Shown one piece after another: positions 1-14,619 of a stretch of DNA of 64,000 nt (the first letter of the stretch is position 1; each line of letters opens with the position of its first letter). The translations under genes were made by a program, and so were the position numbers. The notes beneath the pieces were generated by a model. That model was not told the DNA's origin. It saw only the letters and a program-made list of their open reading frames with translations, and did not search any database. This DNA comes from the human T2T-CHM13v2.0 reference genome, Homo sapiens: NCBI RefSeq assembly GCF_009914755.1, contig NC_060929.1. One strand, written 5' to 3'.

Positions 1-1379
1 TAATGTTACAGTGCAAAAAACAAAATGGATTTTGGACTCTGTTGGCTGAATCACTAGTGACTGTAGGACTCTGGACAAGTCAATTCAATTTTTTGAACAT
101 CAGTTTGTTTCATTATTCCTAAAATGGGTTGGGGGCCATAATACTCTCACCTTTGGATTGTTTTGATGATTAATTGACTTAGTTCCCATTAATTGCTGGT
201 GTTTGACACATAGCAGGCCTTCCATAGATGGTAATTCTTTCCTTTTTCTTTTTTGTCTTCTTTTTTTTTTTTCACCATGGTCAGATGAGTCCTATCCACT
301 GATATAGTCCCTCAAACACACTAATTATTTGGTTTATTTTTGCTAAGCTGGAAGCAGATGAAAGTTGACTTTTGCATTACTGACAAGCCTCTTTCAAACT
401 ATGTTGTCTCCTATTATTTCACCAAACCCCTGGATTATTTCCTGATCTTGGGAAAAGAAGAGAGGGTTTTTTTTGTTTTGTTTTGTTTTTTTTAAGGCTA
501 TTGACTAAATGCAAATCCGAATTCAAAGAGTTACCAGTATAATTTATTTATTTTATTGAATGATAACTCTAGCATGTAGAACTAAGATCTTCAGGAAAGC
601 AGCAGTGATGGCATCCTCTTAGATTCTCTTTATAGTCAGCTAGAGGGATCCTGATGCGATTTAGGTGTGATTTAGTTTGTCAGTGGATTAAACTTTGAAC
701 TCCATTGTAAACAAATCAGCTGACTCTCCCTGCAGGAATTTTGCTTTTATGAGCAAGACTTCATTTCAGAGCCCACTTTTTTTTCTTTTTTTTTTGAAAG
801 AGTTACATAGCCTACAGCTTTCCTGGGTCACACTTATTGGTGTCTTCATATTTTAATTTTAATAAGGACATGAGTAAATTATAGAATCCCAGTTGACTAT
901 GTTTTGTTCTTTGGAGTGGAGATGAATTTCTCAAAGTTCTTCTCATCACTTATGCTGTGAATTATATCACTGAAGAAGTTGAGAATTACTATGCAGAGTG
1001 TAAGAGTATGAATTTAAGAAGAGATTGGAATATGTTTTAAGAGCTGATGCAAAATAATCAGTATGTAGAATATACAGGGAGAAACTTGGTGACTCAATGG
1101 GACAAGGGAGTCCACATGACTGATTCTTCAAGTCTAAAGCTCATAACCCTCTCTCTTCTGTATACATCATACCCAAATGTACATACTGTACATGTGTATT
1201 GGTTTGATAAATGTGCTTTTTAATAATGTTGCCTTTTAATTCACTGACAATAGATTTTTTCATGTGACAGTGCCAGTAGGTGTTCATTTTAGGAAATCAG
1301 ACCTCATCGTTTTACAAAAGAAATAATATTATCAACAGAAATAAGACTGAAAAACAATGACTAGACTAAGGAGAACTAA

Positions 1380-1590
1380 AACTTACTAAGCGCTCACTTT
1401 ATGCTGGGTACTGTGCCAAGTGTGTTAAATACTCATTACCTCTTTTAATTCTTGGAGCCACCTTATAAGTTCTATTGTTATTTCCTTTATACCATTGCTG
1501 AAATTAGATTAAGTTACTCGCCCAGGGATATACACAGTGCAGTGAGATTCAAACAGAAGCCATTTGTTCTGCTGGGCAATATGTACTTTG
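1380..1590. mobile_element. MIR fragment
   Basis: Degenerate MIR core (acttactaagcgctcactttatgctgggtactgtgccaag...ttaagttactcgcccagggatatacacag). Similar relics lie near 30-220, 16750-16980, 24790-25050, 27200-27370, 34560-34780, 56050-56240, 57590-57730, 58920-59100 and 62070-62310; boundaries approximate. Confidence 0.6.
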
Positions 1591-3499
1591 TGTCCGATCC
1601 CATAGAAGAGTATTATTTTAACAAAGTCAGATTGAACTTATTAGTGATGTGGGAACTATTTAACAGATAGGAACTTCAGAGCAATTGGAAATATCTCAGT
1701 TAGTGACAGATGTTGTTGATCACAAAAGTTCTTCCAGATCGCTTGCTTCATTGGTCAAACTCAATTTTAGAAAGGTGCCGATTCACCAACACAGTAGTTT
1801 TGTATTATGGCCAGATGCTTATTCAATACTTGAGAATGTTTTCTCTCAATTCAGTCTAATGGGAAATTAACCAATGGCTTTTGGGGAAAGCAAAAAAATG
1901 AAAGGGCTGGGATAGGATACAGATAATAATCTTGTTCATAAAGGAGCTGCCAATCCCCCACCCTCTGCTGAGGGCATCCCAGGGATTGCCAGTTGCTTTG
2001 TCTTGCTTGACACAAAACTCTGTTGTTTGTCCAACTGTTGCCAAGTGATACTTTGACATTTGCATAGCCAGGAAGTACTAGAAAATAGAGCTCCAACATT
2101 TCCCTGTATTATTTTTATAGTAATTAGGAGTAAAAATTATTTTTAGATTTCTGGCAGTAACTATTTTTTGCAGTTCCTTTTTTAACTTTGTAAATAAAAT
2201 TCTATTTCCTGGTTGCCTGGAATGAGAGATTTATGACAAATACTAGCTCCTGGAAGACTGAGTGACATTCTGTATATTTTTGTGAGACAAATTCCAGGAT
2301 TCTTGGGTAGGAATTAATTCTTCATGGAAGAACGTTTTCAGTGGGAACATAATATGGGAAGAATTACTCATACTCACTATTGCCCATCATTACATATAAA
2401 AGTACAGTTCTTTTCTCGTTTTAATTGTTTAAAATGTGCAAAGATTGGTAATTTATATGGAATCAGAAAAACCCCTATGTTGTTCCTACAGGTGCGTAGA
2501 GTGAAAGAATCTATATGTTGTTTGGATCTAAATGTTGCTGGGCTACACGATAGCACTTGTTCTACTTTAGCATACTGAGTATACTTCATCTTTAAATCAA
2601 GCAATATTTCATCAGGAGCATATTACAATGTGCCTATGTATGTATTACTTATCTTGCATTCTTAAACATTAGGCACATTTTATTTCACTGTCTATTGGTC
2701 TCTTTTATAAAATTGCATTAGATTTTTTTGTCTGGGAAAAAGGGATTGCTTAAAATTCAACCATCTTGTGTGCCTGGTATACACTTACATTCTAATAAGC
2801 ACTGTGAGGGGGATCCAGAAATGAAATAGACATAGTCCCTTCTCTTCCAAAAAATGGTAGTAGAAAAGTTACAAATGAGTGTCCTGCATGGAAAAATAAA
2901 GGGGGAAAAAAGAACACCCTAAAATATGCATAGTCACTTGGAAATCTACTCTGCTTGTCTCCAAAGTTGTGGGTTTGAAAGATTGACTTCTTGTCTGTAG
3001 AATCAGCACCCCAAAATATCAGTGAATTAGCAGCTATTGACCTCCATCTTGGGAACTTTCAGAATTGAATGTTTCATATTCTATTCCCTTGGCAGGTTAA
3101 AAAATGCTTTTCTTACTTGATATATTGCATAAGTTAACAGTTTCTGAAAAACGCATGAATCAGCTTATCAGAAATACTCTAAATGCACAGCAAATGCAAA
3201 GTCATATTCAAAGAATTCTACTGCAAGAAATTTAGTGCGATGTGATTTAAACATGCCCCTAAAATGTGAGGCTTGAGCTTGGACTTTTCTCTGGGATTAG
3301 GAAGACATGATGAGCTTGAAACTGAAAAAGAAAAAAACCATTGATAGTTCTGTTTGCACTCTACCCCATTCTCATGGCCTCTAAGTGCACTTGTTTGTGT
3401 TTTGGTTGAACAAGGGAGGTGATTATTTCTTCAGCATGTGACTCTTTCAGTTTCAAGCATACACACAGGCTTTTCTCATCTCTGTGAGGTCACAGAGAT

Positions 3500-3912
3500 A
3501 TGCCTTTTACATGATAGGTTACTGAGGTTGGGGCTTGGTGCTGTGGGGGTGTACCAGTCAAACCTCCTTTGTCTGCTATGTTGGTTTCAGTTCCTTGCTG
3601 GCTGTTGGCTGGAGGCTTCAGTTTCCCTACCACATAGACCTCTCCATAGGGTAGCTCACAACATGGCGGCTGGCTTCCCCCCAGGGAGAGCAATGAGGGA
3701 TGGGGAAAGAGAGAGAGAGATAGTTTGTGCAAGCAAGCAAGAGAGAGCAAAGGCCAGTGGCAGTCTTTTGTAACCTAATCTCAAAAGTGACATATCACTT
3801 CTGCCACATTCTTTTGTCACATAGACCAAACCTACTGTGATGTGGGAGGATACTATCCAGAGGTGTGGATGCCAGGAAGGATCAGTGGTAACCATCAAGA
3901 CTGGCTACCATA
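3500..3912 (-). mobile_element. MaLR LTR (MLT1F/G/H-like)
   Basis: Motifs typical of MLT1 LTRs: ctcacaacatggcggctggcttcc, atcacttctgccacattc, terminal ggctacca. Confidence 0.7.
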
Positions 3913-4151
3913 AAATGCTTTTGTTGGTTTGGGAAACTTTCTGGGAAAGCTTTCCTGTTTACGTTGTGTTGGTAAAGTCTTGTTAAGCTTTCAGTCTGAT
4001 GGTTTTGAATACAGGATTAAATTTGACGAAACTAATAGTTGACAAAGCATCTCAGAGAATGTGAGTTTATAACTGGTTGCTGACACATACATAACATCAA
4101 TGGTGTGAAGTATGGATATAATGCATGTACACTTAAAAATAACTTTGTATA

Positions 4152-4239
4152 GTGAGCCAAGATCGTGCCACTGCCCTCCAGCCTGGACAACAGCGAGACT
4201 CTGTCTCAAAAAACAAACAAACAAACAAACAAAAAAAAA
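4152..4239 (+). mobile_element. Heavily 5'-truncated Alu (last ~55 nt of right arm plus (AAAC)n tail)
   Basis: gtgagccaagatcgtgccactg...ctgtctcaaaa, flanked by TSD aaaaataactttgtata / aaaaatgctttgtata. Confidence 0.9.
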
Positions 4240-4866
4240 TGCTTTGTATACCCAGATACTTTCTGTAAGTTTTAGTATATGAGATTTAGACTTACCTAGT
4301 CTTTACTCTTTCAAAGTTGTTAGATTTTTTTTTCTCTTGAATTGTCTTCAGTTGGCTGTAATTTTATGCAAGTATAAATATGCAAACAGCCTACCTATAC
4401 TGAAAGTACCTTAGTTTAACTCATTTGATGGACTTTAACTGTTTGGGACTCCAGTGTTCAATAGTGCTTTGTACAGCAGAAGGAAGTATGTGTGGTAATA
4501 GGTCCTGACATCATACCACATTCCATTAGCTACTTATTCTTTTATTAATTAACATCCTTTGGCATATGGTATATTGATGGGCTGTGAAAGAAGCAGAGAG
4601 GTTGAGAAATAATATTTAACTAACTTGGACACTAAGCAAAACCTTGTTTTTGTGCAAAAGAATGCTCCATGCCTTAAGGGAAGAAGATGGAATGTGTTCC
4701 AGTGATTAAATAAATCATGTTGAGCTTGATTTTTGTTTCCTTGTTTTATCCTTCAAGGTACTAGGAGATTGGCATCTTGGAGGAACACAAATAGAGATTT
4801 CAGGTGACAGGGAGGGGCTTCTGGATTTGATACCTCATATATAAGGTGAAGTGATAATATGAGTGG

Positions 4867-5185
4867 TTTTTTTTTGTTTGTTTGTTTGTTTTTTGAGACA
4901 AGGTCTCACTATATCACCCAGTGATATAATGGAGTGTAGTGGCGTGATCTCAGCTCACTGCAGCCTCGACTTCTGGGCTCAGGCAATTCTCCCACCTCAA
5001 CATCCTGAGTAGCTGGGACCACAGGCACATGCCACTATGCCCAGCTAATTTTTTCTGTACTTTTTAGTAGACATAGGGTTTCACCATGTTGCCCAAGCTG
5101 GTCTTGAACTCCTGAGCTCAAGCAGTCTGCCAGGCTTGGCCTCCCAAAGTGCTGGAACTACAGGTATGAGCCACTGTGCGTGGCC
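4867..5185 (-). mobile_element. AluJ-type element
   Basis: AluJ-like diagnostics (cagcctcgacttctgggctca, ctcctgagctcaagca); TSD tgataatatgagt / tgataatatgaat. Confidence 0.9.
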
Positions 5186-5271
5186 TGATAATATGAATTT
5201 AACCAAGTGTGTATGATAGATTATCACAGTTTCTTTAAGGAGGTACTCTGTCCAGCCCTTGGAGTCATTGG

Positions 5272-5964
5272 CAAGGATGACTCCAGGTTTTTGGAACTCT
5301 TTAGGAAAAATAATACACAATTACATATATAAATAAGGTATGAAAATAAATATTTATTTCGAATGAGAGAAGAAGCAACAAATAATTTATTTAAAATCTA
5401 TTAATTACCACACACATCATGAATCCAGAAAAAAAGTCACGATAGCTTTTACCTCCACACATTTAAGAAAGCTTTTCTCTTTTACCACCCACAAACTTTT
5501 GGTACTGGGCACTGTGGGACAACTTTCTATCACAACATGACTTCAGGCCTTGTATCTTCACATCTCAACACTGGGTGAATTGGCACTGTGGGTGCTAGGA
5601 CTATTCCTGAAGTTATTAATTGGGGATGACTAGTGATAACTGCACACAGAAGTCACTGCAAACCCCATAAACATATCACACTCAAACCCAGCCAGGGGAT
5701 CCCCAACTCAACATCCCCTATCAGATACTGAAAATGCACATGGCCACTCTGGCTCCTTCCAACATGAGGGGAAGTGTGTTGGAGGCCAAGTCAGAGTGAA
5801 AGGGGACAATAGTCTCTGTCCATGCTAATAGAAAGATCTTGCTTTTAGAAGTTTTACAATAACGTGACAACAAGAACACATAGGTAGGGCCCTTTTCAGG
5901 GTCTGTGTAAAGTGAAGAGCCATGAAATTTAAATGCCATTAGCTTTACTGGAAATCCATTTCTG
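5272..5964 (-). mobile_element. hAT-Tip100 DNA transposon, MER115/Zaphod-like
   Basis: Minus strand begins cagaaatggatttccagtaaagctaatg and continues cacacttcccctcatgttgg...gttgagttggggat, resembling the Zaphod/MER115 5' end as I recall it; ~690 bp. Confidence 0.7.
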
Positions 5965-6327
5965 ATCCTTGGACTCAAAATCGCTATTCTGAGACATGCT
6001 GACTGGCCCAGACAAGCTGATCACATTTTGCCTTTAACTTAAGTGTTAACCCTTATGACCAGAATCGGTGACCCTAGAGCTGTGAAAAGTTCAGCTGTCT
6101 TTGTATCCCTGCTCAGCTGACCTGGATTCAGTATACTTTTCTTTGTTAAATTCATCATTTAGGTTCTGTGTTTTGGAAAATGAAATTTTGGTATTGATAG
6201 AATATGGCCAGGGTTGGCTATGATATCACTTTCTTTCTGCCTCTTCCCCAATGGGCAGTGAACCTTGAAAGGCAGTGAGGAATGCTAATTCAGGCCTTGT
6301 TTATTGTCATTGTACACCCATGGAGTG

Positions 6328-7026
6328 CTAAATTGCAGATCTAAATGTATGGCTAATCTTCTATGCTATGTGTTAGATTAGTGAGGATGATAATTAGTTG
6401 AAATTAGGAAAATAGAACCTAAGACAGGAAAGTGATACCCTGGAAAATCAGAGTCCTCAGAGTTCTACTTGTCCTGTTGTTACTGGCCAATTCTTGCACA
6501 GTTCTACCCAGGGTGGGTGCAATACAAAAGTCGTTATGCTTAAGAGTACTTTTGTTTTTCCTCTGGAGGCAGAATTGAAACAACTGACTTCTTCTCAATG
6601 TAGACAAGAACTACGCATGGGCAGAAAGTGAAATCATTAGCTTTCTATAGATCTTGGGTAATATAAGCTTTAAGCTTATGAATTTTAAAAAGCAGGCTTG
6701 ACTCATCTCTGCCTCCCATGATAAACATTTTCTACTAAGTCCACGTGTATTAAACATGCTTCTTGCAATGTAATGGGTATCCAAGGTTAGATTTTAGTTT
6801 AATCCATCAAACACGTCCATAAGCATAAGGAATTCTGTGTTGCACTCACCCTAGGAAAAACTGTGCAAGAATCAGCCAGTCCCAACAGGACAAGTAGAAC
6901 TGTGAGAAATCTAGTTTTTCAGGCTATCACATTCCTGTCTTACTTTCCATTTTTCTAATTTTAACTAATTTCATCCTCTAACACATAGCATGAAAGCTTA
7001 GCCATTCGTTTAGATCTGCAGTTCAG
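6328..7026. repeat. Long non-Alu inverted repeat / fold-back (arms 6328-6542 and 6820-7026)
   Basis: Hand alignment of arm 1 to the reverse complement of arm 2 gives ~32 mismatches and 2 gaps over ~207 nt, including a perfect 19-mer agttctacttgtcctgttg. Confidence 0.95.
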
Positions 7027-8351
7027 ATTCCCGCCTGGTTTTTTTTTCAGTCTCCTCCTCCTCCTTCCTTTTATTAATCAATTCCTTGGTGAACAAAAAT
7101 CTAGTCTTTCTAGTCCAAATTTGAATTTTCACTCTATGTTGGCAAGATTTTCTTATCTATCCTGGTGAGAGATTTGGGCAAAAGTCAGACCGCCTGCTGC
7201 CTGAAACACCTGACTGAACTTGGAAGGTAAAATAGGTAACATGTGACCAATTTAATCAGTAGGCAGGATGATGTTTTTGTTTTCCTTTCCTCTTCTCTTC
7301 TTTCAAGCCCTTATGTGCTATATAACCCCAAATAAAATCATGCACAACTTATGTATATGTTTAATTCAAAAGCATTCTGTGTAAAGATAAAACTGAAATT
7401 TCATCTTAAATAGATCTATTCATTCAGTGCTTTGGAGGCCAGCCAGGAATGAACTCCAAATGTGAGACTCTGCAACAGCAACCAAAAGCACATGCTCCAT
7501 GTGACTTAAACCTATATTTTCAAATGGCCGATAGAACAAGTTTCAAATGCTTTCAAGCTGCGACTAGGCTCATGTGGAGAGATAAACAGAGGCCCCAAAC
7601 TGTGGGCTGAATATATAAGTCATCAAAGCAATTTTAAAATCAATTCAGCGTTTGACAAGGAGCCAATATGGTTCCCTTGTGATTAGAATGACATGCTCAG
7701 GCTACTACTGTGGGTAAAATTCTGACAGCGGTGTTTTGTACATGTTGGAACCTATGAAAGATCCCCCTCCTGCCTCCCCGCTCCAAGGAAAACGATAATG
7801 AAGCATTACAATGGTGTATCTGTGAGATCACTAACACATGGGCGCCATTTGACTATGAGGGCATTGATGAAATTCTAGTGACTGGGCAAAAGAGCCCAAG
7901 ACCCGAGTTTATGGTATGGCCTCAACCACATTTATAAAAACAAACAAAACAATCATCTCTGAATCTAGAGATAATTGAAAACATGCTTCTTCTAAGGATA
8001 AGGAGTGTTTTTTTGTGTTTGTGGAGAATCAGGACAGAGGGAGAATGGCAGTGACTGAAACACTATAATGGGCCCTCACGTTTGTTCATTTTCACAAGGG
8101 AAAATAAAAAAGAACTTGCTAATCAGAGGCCCATTTGCCACTGATAGTTTTCTTCTTTATATAAGTTCCAGTTTTAAGTCCCTTTTTCTTATCCTAAGAA
8201 GTTCTCTTGGCTCCTCAATGTGTAGAGAAGACCTGGTGGAAAGTGGGGTTCACTGTACTTTCATTTTATAGCCTAACTTCAATCATTGTTTATTTTTTCT
8301 CATTGTTTATTTTATTTTTTTCTTCACTTTGGAAGTGATTACCTTGATTTC

Positions 8352-8659
8352 TTTTTTTTTTTTTTTTTTTTCTTTTTGAGATGGAGTTTTGCTCTTGTTG
8401 CCCAGGCTGGAGTGAAATGGAGCAATCCCAGCTCACTACAACTTCCACCTCCTAGGTTCAAGCAATTCTCCTGCCTCAGCCTCCTGAGTAGCTGGGATTA
8501 CAGACATGCACCACCTCGCCTGGCTAATTTTGTATTTTTAGTAGAGATGGGGTTTCTCCATGTTGGTCAGGCTGGTCTTGAACTACCAGCCTCAGGTGAT
8601 CCACCCACCTCGGCCTCCCAAAGTGCTGGGATTACAGGCGTGAGCCACTGTGCCTGGCC
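8352..8659 (-). mobile_element. AluS (Sp/Sq-like)
   Basis: Full dimer with poly-T; TSD taccttgatttctt / tacctcgatttctt. Confidence 0.95.
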
Positions 8660-9289
8660 TACCTCGATTTCTTGTTGGTAAATCAGAAGAGATAAATGTC
8701 CCACAGCTGCGATTTTGATGGTAAGCTCCTATCTCATTGTAACAGGCTCAAGGCCAAATTTTCTCCTTGGCCTTCATGTCCCCATTCTTTCAACCTCAGA
8801 CTCATCACCTGCTTGTGCACTTTTGCCACCATCTGGCACTGCCAGTGTGCCAGCCTCCTTCTCTTTTTCTCCGTAAAGTACTCCAGTCACAGAAGGCTTA
8901 GTTGCTTCTGTCCTGCCCTGGCCCACGTCTCTGGTCCTCATGCTCCAAGGAGAGCAGGTAACAGGGGTAAGGGATCCGTACATATCAGGCACACAATAGG
9001 AACATTGTTCATTGTTCAGCTCAGCTTCTCCTGTTGATTCAGTGCACTGAACAATCCTGTACCTGGATCAATAATAAATAATATTGCTAAAGATGCTGGA
9101 GCAAAGCCCAGGCGAAACTGTACTGAATGAAGCTCACAAACATGGTTTAGCTGGTTCCCTGGGAAACATTCTTGGGAGAGGCAAAGTTATGGAAAACTAC
9201 TCTTGTTTTTCCAAGAATATGTGGTACAGGCTTGTGACAACCTTTAAGGGGGAAAAAATATCTCCACAGTCACATCAGGTCAATCTCCT

Positions 9290-10034
<745 letters not shown>

Positions 10035-10519
10035 CAGAAGTATTTCTTTGAAAAAAATAAGTGCCCTATCTGATCATAAATTCAGCTTCTGATGCTGTAC
10101 CATGGAGTTGTATGAAATTTAGCAAATGCTTACTAAGACCCGACTTGGACAAACTATAACTGAAGGCAACATGGAGGATCTATAGCTAATCGAGAAATTA
10201 TGCCTATTATCAGGGACTTGAGACTTTGCTGAGAGTAGTGCTACCTCTCTGTGGGGGGAGTTTGACAAAACAAGACAAAATGAAGTGAAAGCTAAACAGA
10301 GACCCAGAAATCCAGCATTTATCCTTTTTCCCTTCTGTTCATACTCAGGTTCACCAAATTTGAGGTTTCTACTTCCTTAGTATTTTTTGAGTCTCTTCAC
10401 CAATCTTTGCACCCACTGCTGTATCTGTGGTTTTGTTTTAGCCTCATAATAAGTTCCCCTGCCTCCACCCTAAACTGGCTCTCATCTTTTCTCCACACTG
10501 TTACTGTAATGGAATTTCT

Positions 10520-12091
<1,572 letters not shown>

Positions 12092-14619
12092 ACTGTAATG
12101 GAACTTCTAAGCTCAAATTTTCAGCATGTCATTCCCCTGCTTAAACCTTTCATAGATTCCCCACTGACCTCAAGATAAGGGCCACGTTCTGAAACATAGC
12201 CTGCAAGGTCTTGCCTGACCTGGCCTTGGCCAACCTGTCCAGGTTGATCCCTACCATGCCCCACCTTTCATGCTACGAAGCAGCCACAAAGTTAAATATT
12301 CCTTTCTCTAAGTGGCCCATGATCTCACTGGCCATATGGCTGTTCGACAGGTAAGTCCCTCGGCCTGGAGCTCTCACTCATGTCAGGACTTAGCTTTCAT
12401 GTCTTGTTCTCTGGGTCATGCTCCCATTCCCACACCCCAGGCTCCCACAGCCATCCACTTTTAGAGCATTCACGACTCTGATTGCTCTTTGTGTGTGTGT
12501 TTTCTCTCATTACACCAAAACTTCCTTGATTATAGGGACAGCATCTAGTTGAAAAGAGAAGAAAAAAAGAGCAAAAAAAATTATAAATGAATGACCCAAT
12601 AAGGAAATACAACTAATACACTGTTGGTTTTCCAAGGAGGAGATCATTTAAGGCATCCTGGAAAAATGATGTTTTATCTGAGCTTTGAAGTATGACAAAA
12701 GGCTTTCACAACCAGGGAGTAAGTGTGAAGTATTTGAGGCTGAGGAGAATGGCAAGAGGTTAGGCATGGCTGGAAACCTGTCAAGGACAATAAGACCAAG
12801 AAAATAGGGGAAAGCTCAATCATTGAGGGCTTCTGATCCTGTACTATGGAGTCGAGACTTATTCTGCAGGCCACAGGGAGTTGGGATTGTTTCTGTGTAA
12901 GGGTGTGACAAGAACCAACTTATGGACTAGAAAGAACAATCTAGCAACAAGGCGAAAGAGGCATTGCAGAAGTGAGAGACTGGAGGTAGTGAAGCCAGTT
13001 GGAGACCATGCCAACAATCCAGGTGAGCGATGAGGAGGCTCTGGGCTGAGGCAGAGGTGGGGTGGGGCTTGGGTAGGTGGGGGAAGACATTGTGGAATGA
13101 GAACAGGCAGCATTTACCATGATCAGCTAGAAGGATGGTGAGGCAGACGTGCAATGGGACTGACAAGCTGTGTGTCCCAAACAATAGTCCAATCTCTTGG
13201 GTACTGCTCAGCGTGCATTGGGAGGAGAGTGTTCCACACTGCATTGCCATTTAAAAGGACATTCCAAAAATGTAGCCCATTCCATGAAGGGCAAGAAAGC
13301 AGCCTGGATACCTCGGTCAGTGAGACATGGATTGAAGAATGCGATGTTGTTTAGTTTGGCAAATACATGCAGAAGTGAGGGGAGATGTCATAGCGGCCTT
13401 CATATATTTGAAACTGTCCCATAAAAGAGATATTAGGCATGTCCAGAGGGCAAAACTCAGGCCAAGAGTGAGCTGGAATGGAAAGAAAAACATATTTTGG
13501 CTCCATACAAGGGAGATCTTTCTAACGTGTAGAGCTGTAGGCTACTTTGTCAACTAAACAGCTCACCTGCACTAATGGCCACACAGAGGGCAAGGGACCC
13601 TGTTGGGACACATAGAAAGGGGTTTCTGGGGTAAGATGGGACGTGAGACTGAGGTCCTGTAACCCTGGAGACTTTAGTTTCCTTCCATTGCTATCCTAAT
13701 TCACTCCATGTTTTTAATCACAAACATAGTATTAAGAAGAAATACTGTGACCAGGAAATCTTGACAGGGAAGAGGAATTGTATCGCGAGGATAGTTCTGC
13801 TGCCAGGGGAGAAAAAGTTTATTCAGTGCCCTCTGGGACACTTGCTGACCTCTGCTCTCCTGTTCACCTCCCACCTCTTCTACGGAAACAATGGGATTTT
13901 CCTCTGGGTTAATATGACCCAAAGGGGCTGGCTGTTCTGGTCCCAGCCACATGACAGTTGGGAAGTCCCCACTTATTAAACACTGACTTCCTCGTTTCTT
14001 CGGTGTTTTCAGACATGGGGCAAGGCAAATTCAGTGTCTGGGCCTCTGCCTATAAGAATTCTGTTTCCCTTGCTATGCTGTTTCTCATCTCCACTTTCTC
14101 TTTCTCTACTCAACTAACTAATCAGCTAACTTTCTCTTTCTCTTTGATCATAGGGCTTTGTCAGTCAGTGATAAACTAGAAATATTCCTTTTCAGGGATT
14201 TAGAGACCAGGGACTATGCCAAGTTCTTAATAACTATATCAATGATCAATATTTCATAATTTATGTAATTAGAGAACATATTTTTCTATTGATTTTTATG
14301 GCCAGGCCTCAAAACAACCTATGAGGTGAAGAATCTGAAGCTTAGAGAGATTCAGCCAGTTTCTCAAAATCTCCTAGCTGTAAGAGACAGAGTTGAGGAT
14401 CTGTGGTCTGACTTCAGAGCCTGGACCTTCAATCAGTAATCGATGCTACCTCTTTGTCTGGAATAGGCCTTCAGACAAGAGTAACTCACAGACAGGTGGT
14501 CCTCAAACTTCCACCCTCTCTTCAGACTGCAAACTCCCTGGGCACAGGGACAAGTCTCACCATGAGGCTAAGAGCCCTAATAATTGCATTGTCCAATACA
14601 TAGAATGAAACAAATGAAT

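Noticed and set aside
6419-6960. Similar peptides in the two arms of the inverted repeat (DFCIAPTLGRTVQELAS / EFCVALTLGKTVQESAS)
   Set aside because: Expected from ~85% DNA identity; no credible start codon or known homologue, so not evidence of coding.
8286-8681. 131-aa ORF and many similar ORFs (e.g. 17900, 20883, 23863, 30056, 33243, 35245)
   Set aside because: These are translations of Alu sequence ([18 protein letters not shown]..., LLTSGDPP...).
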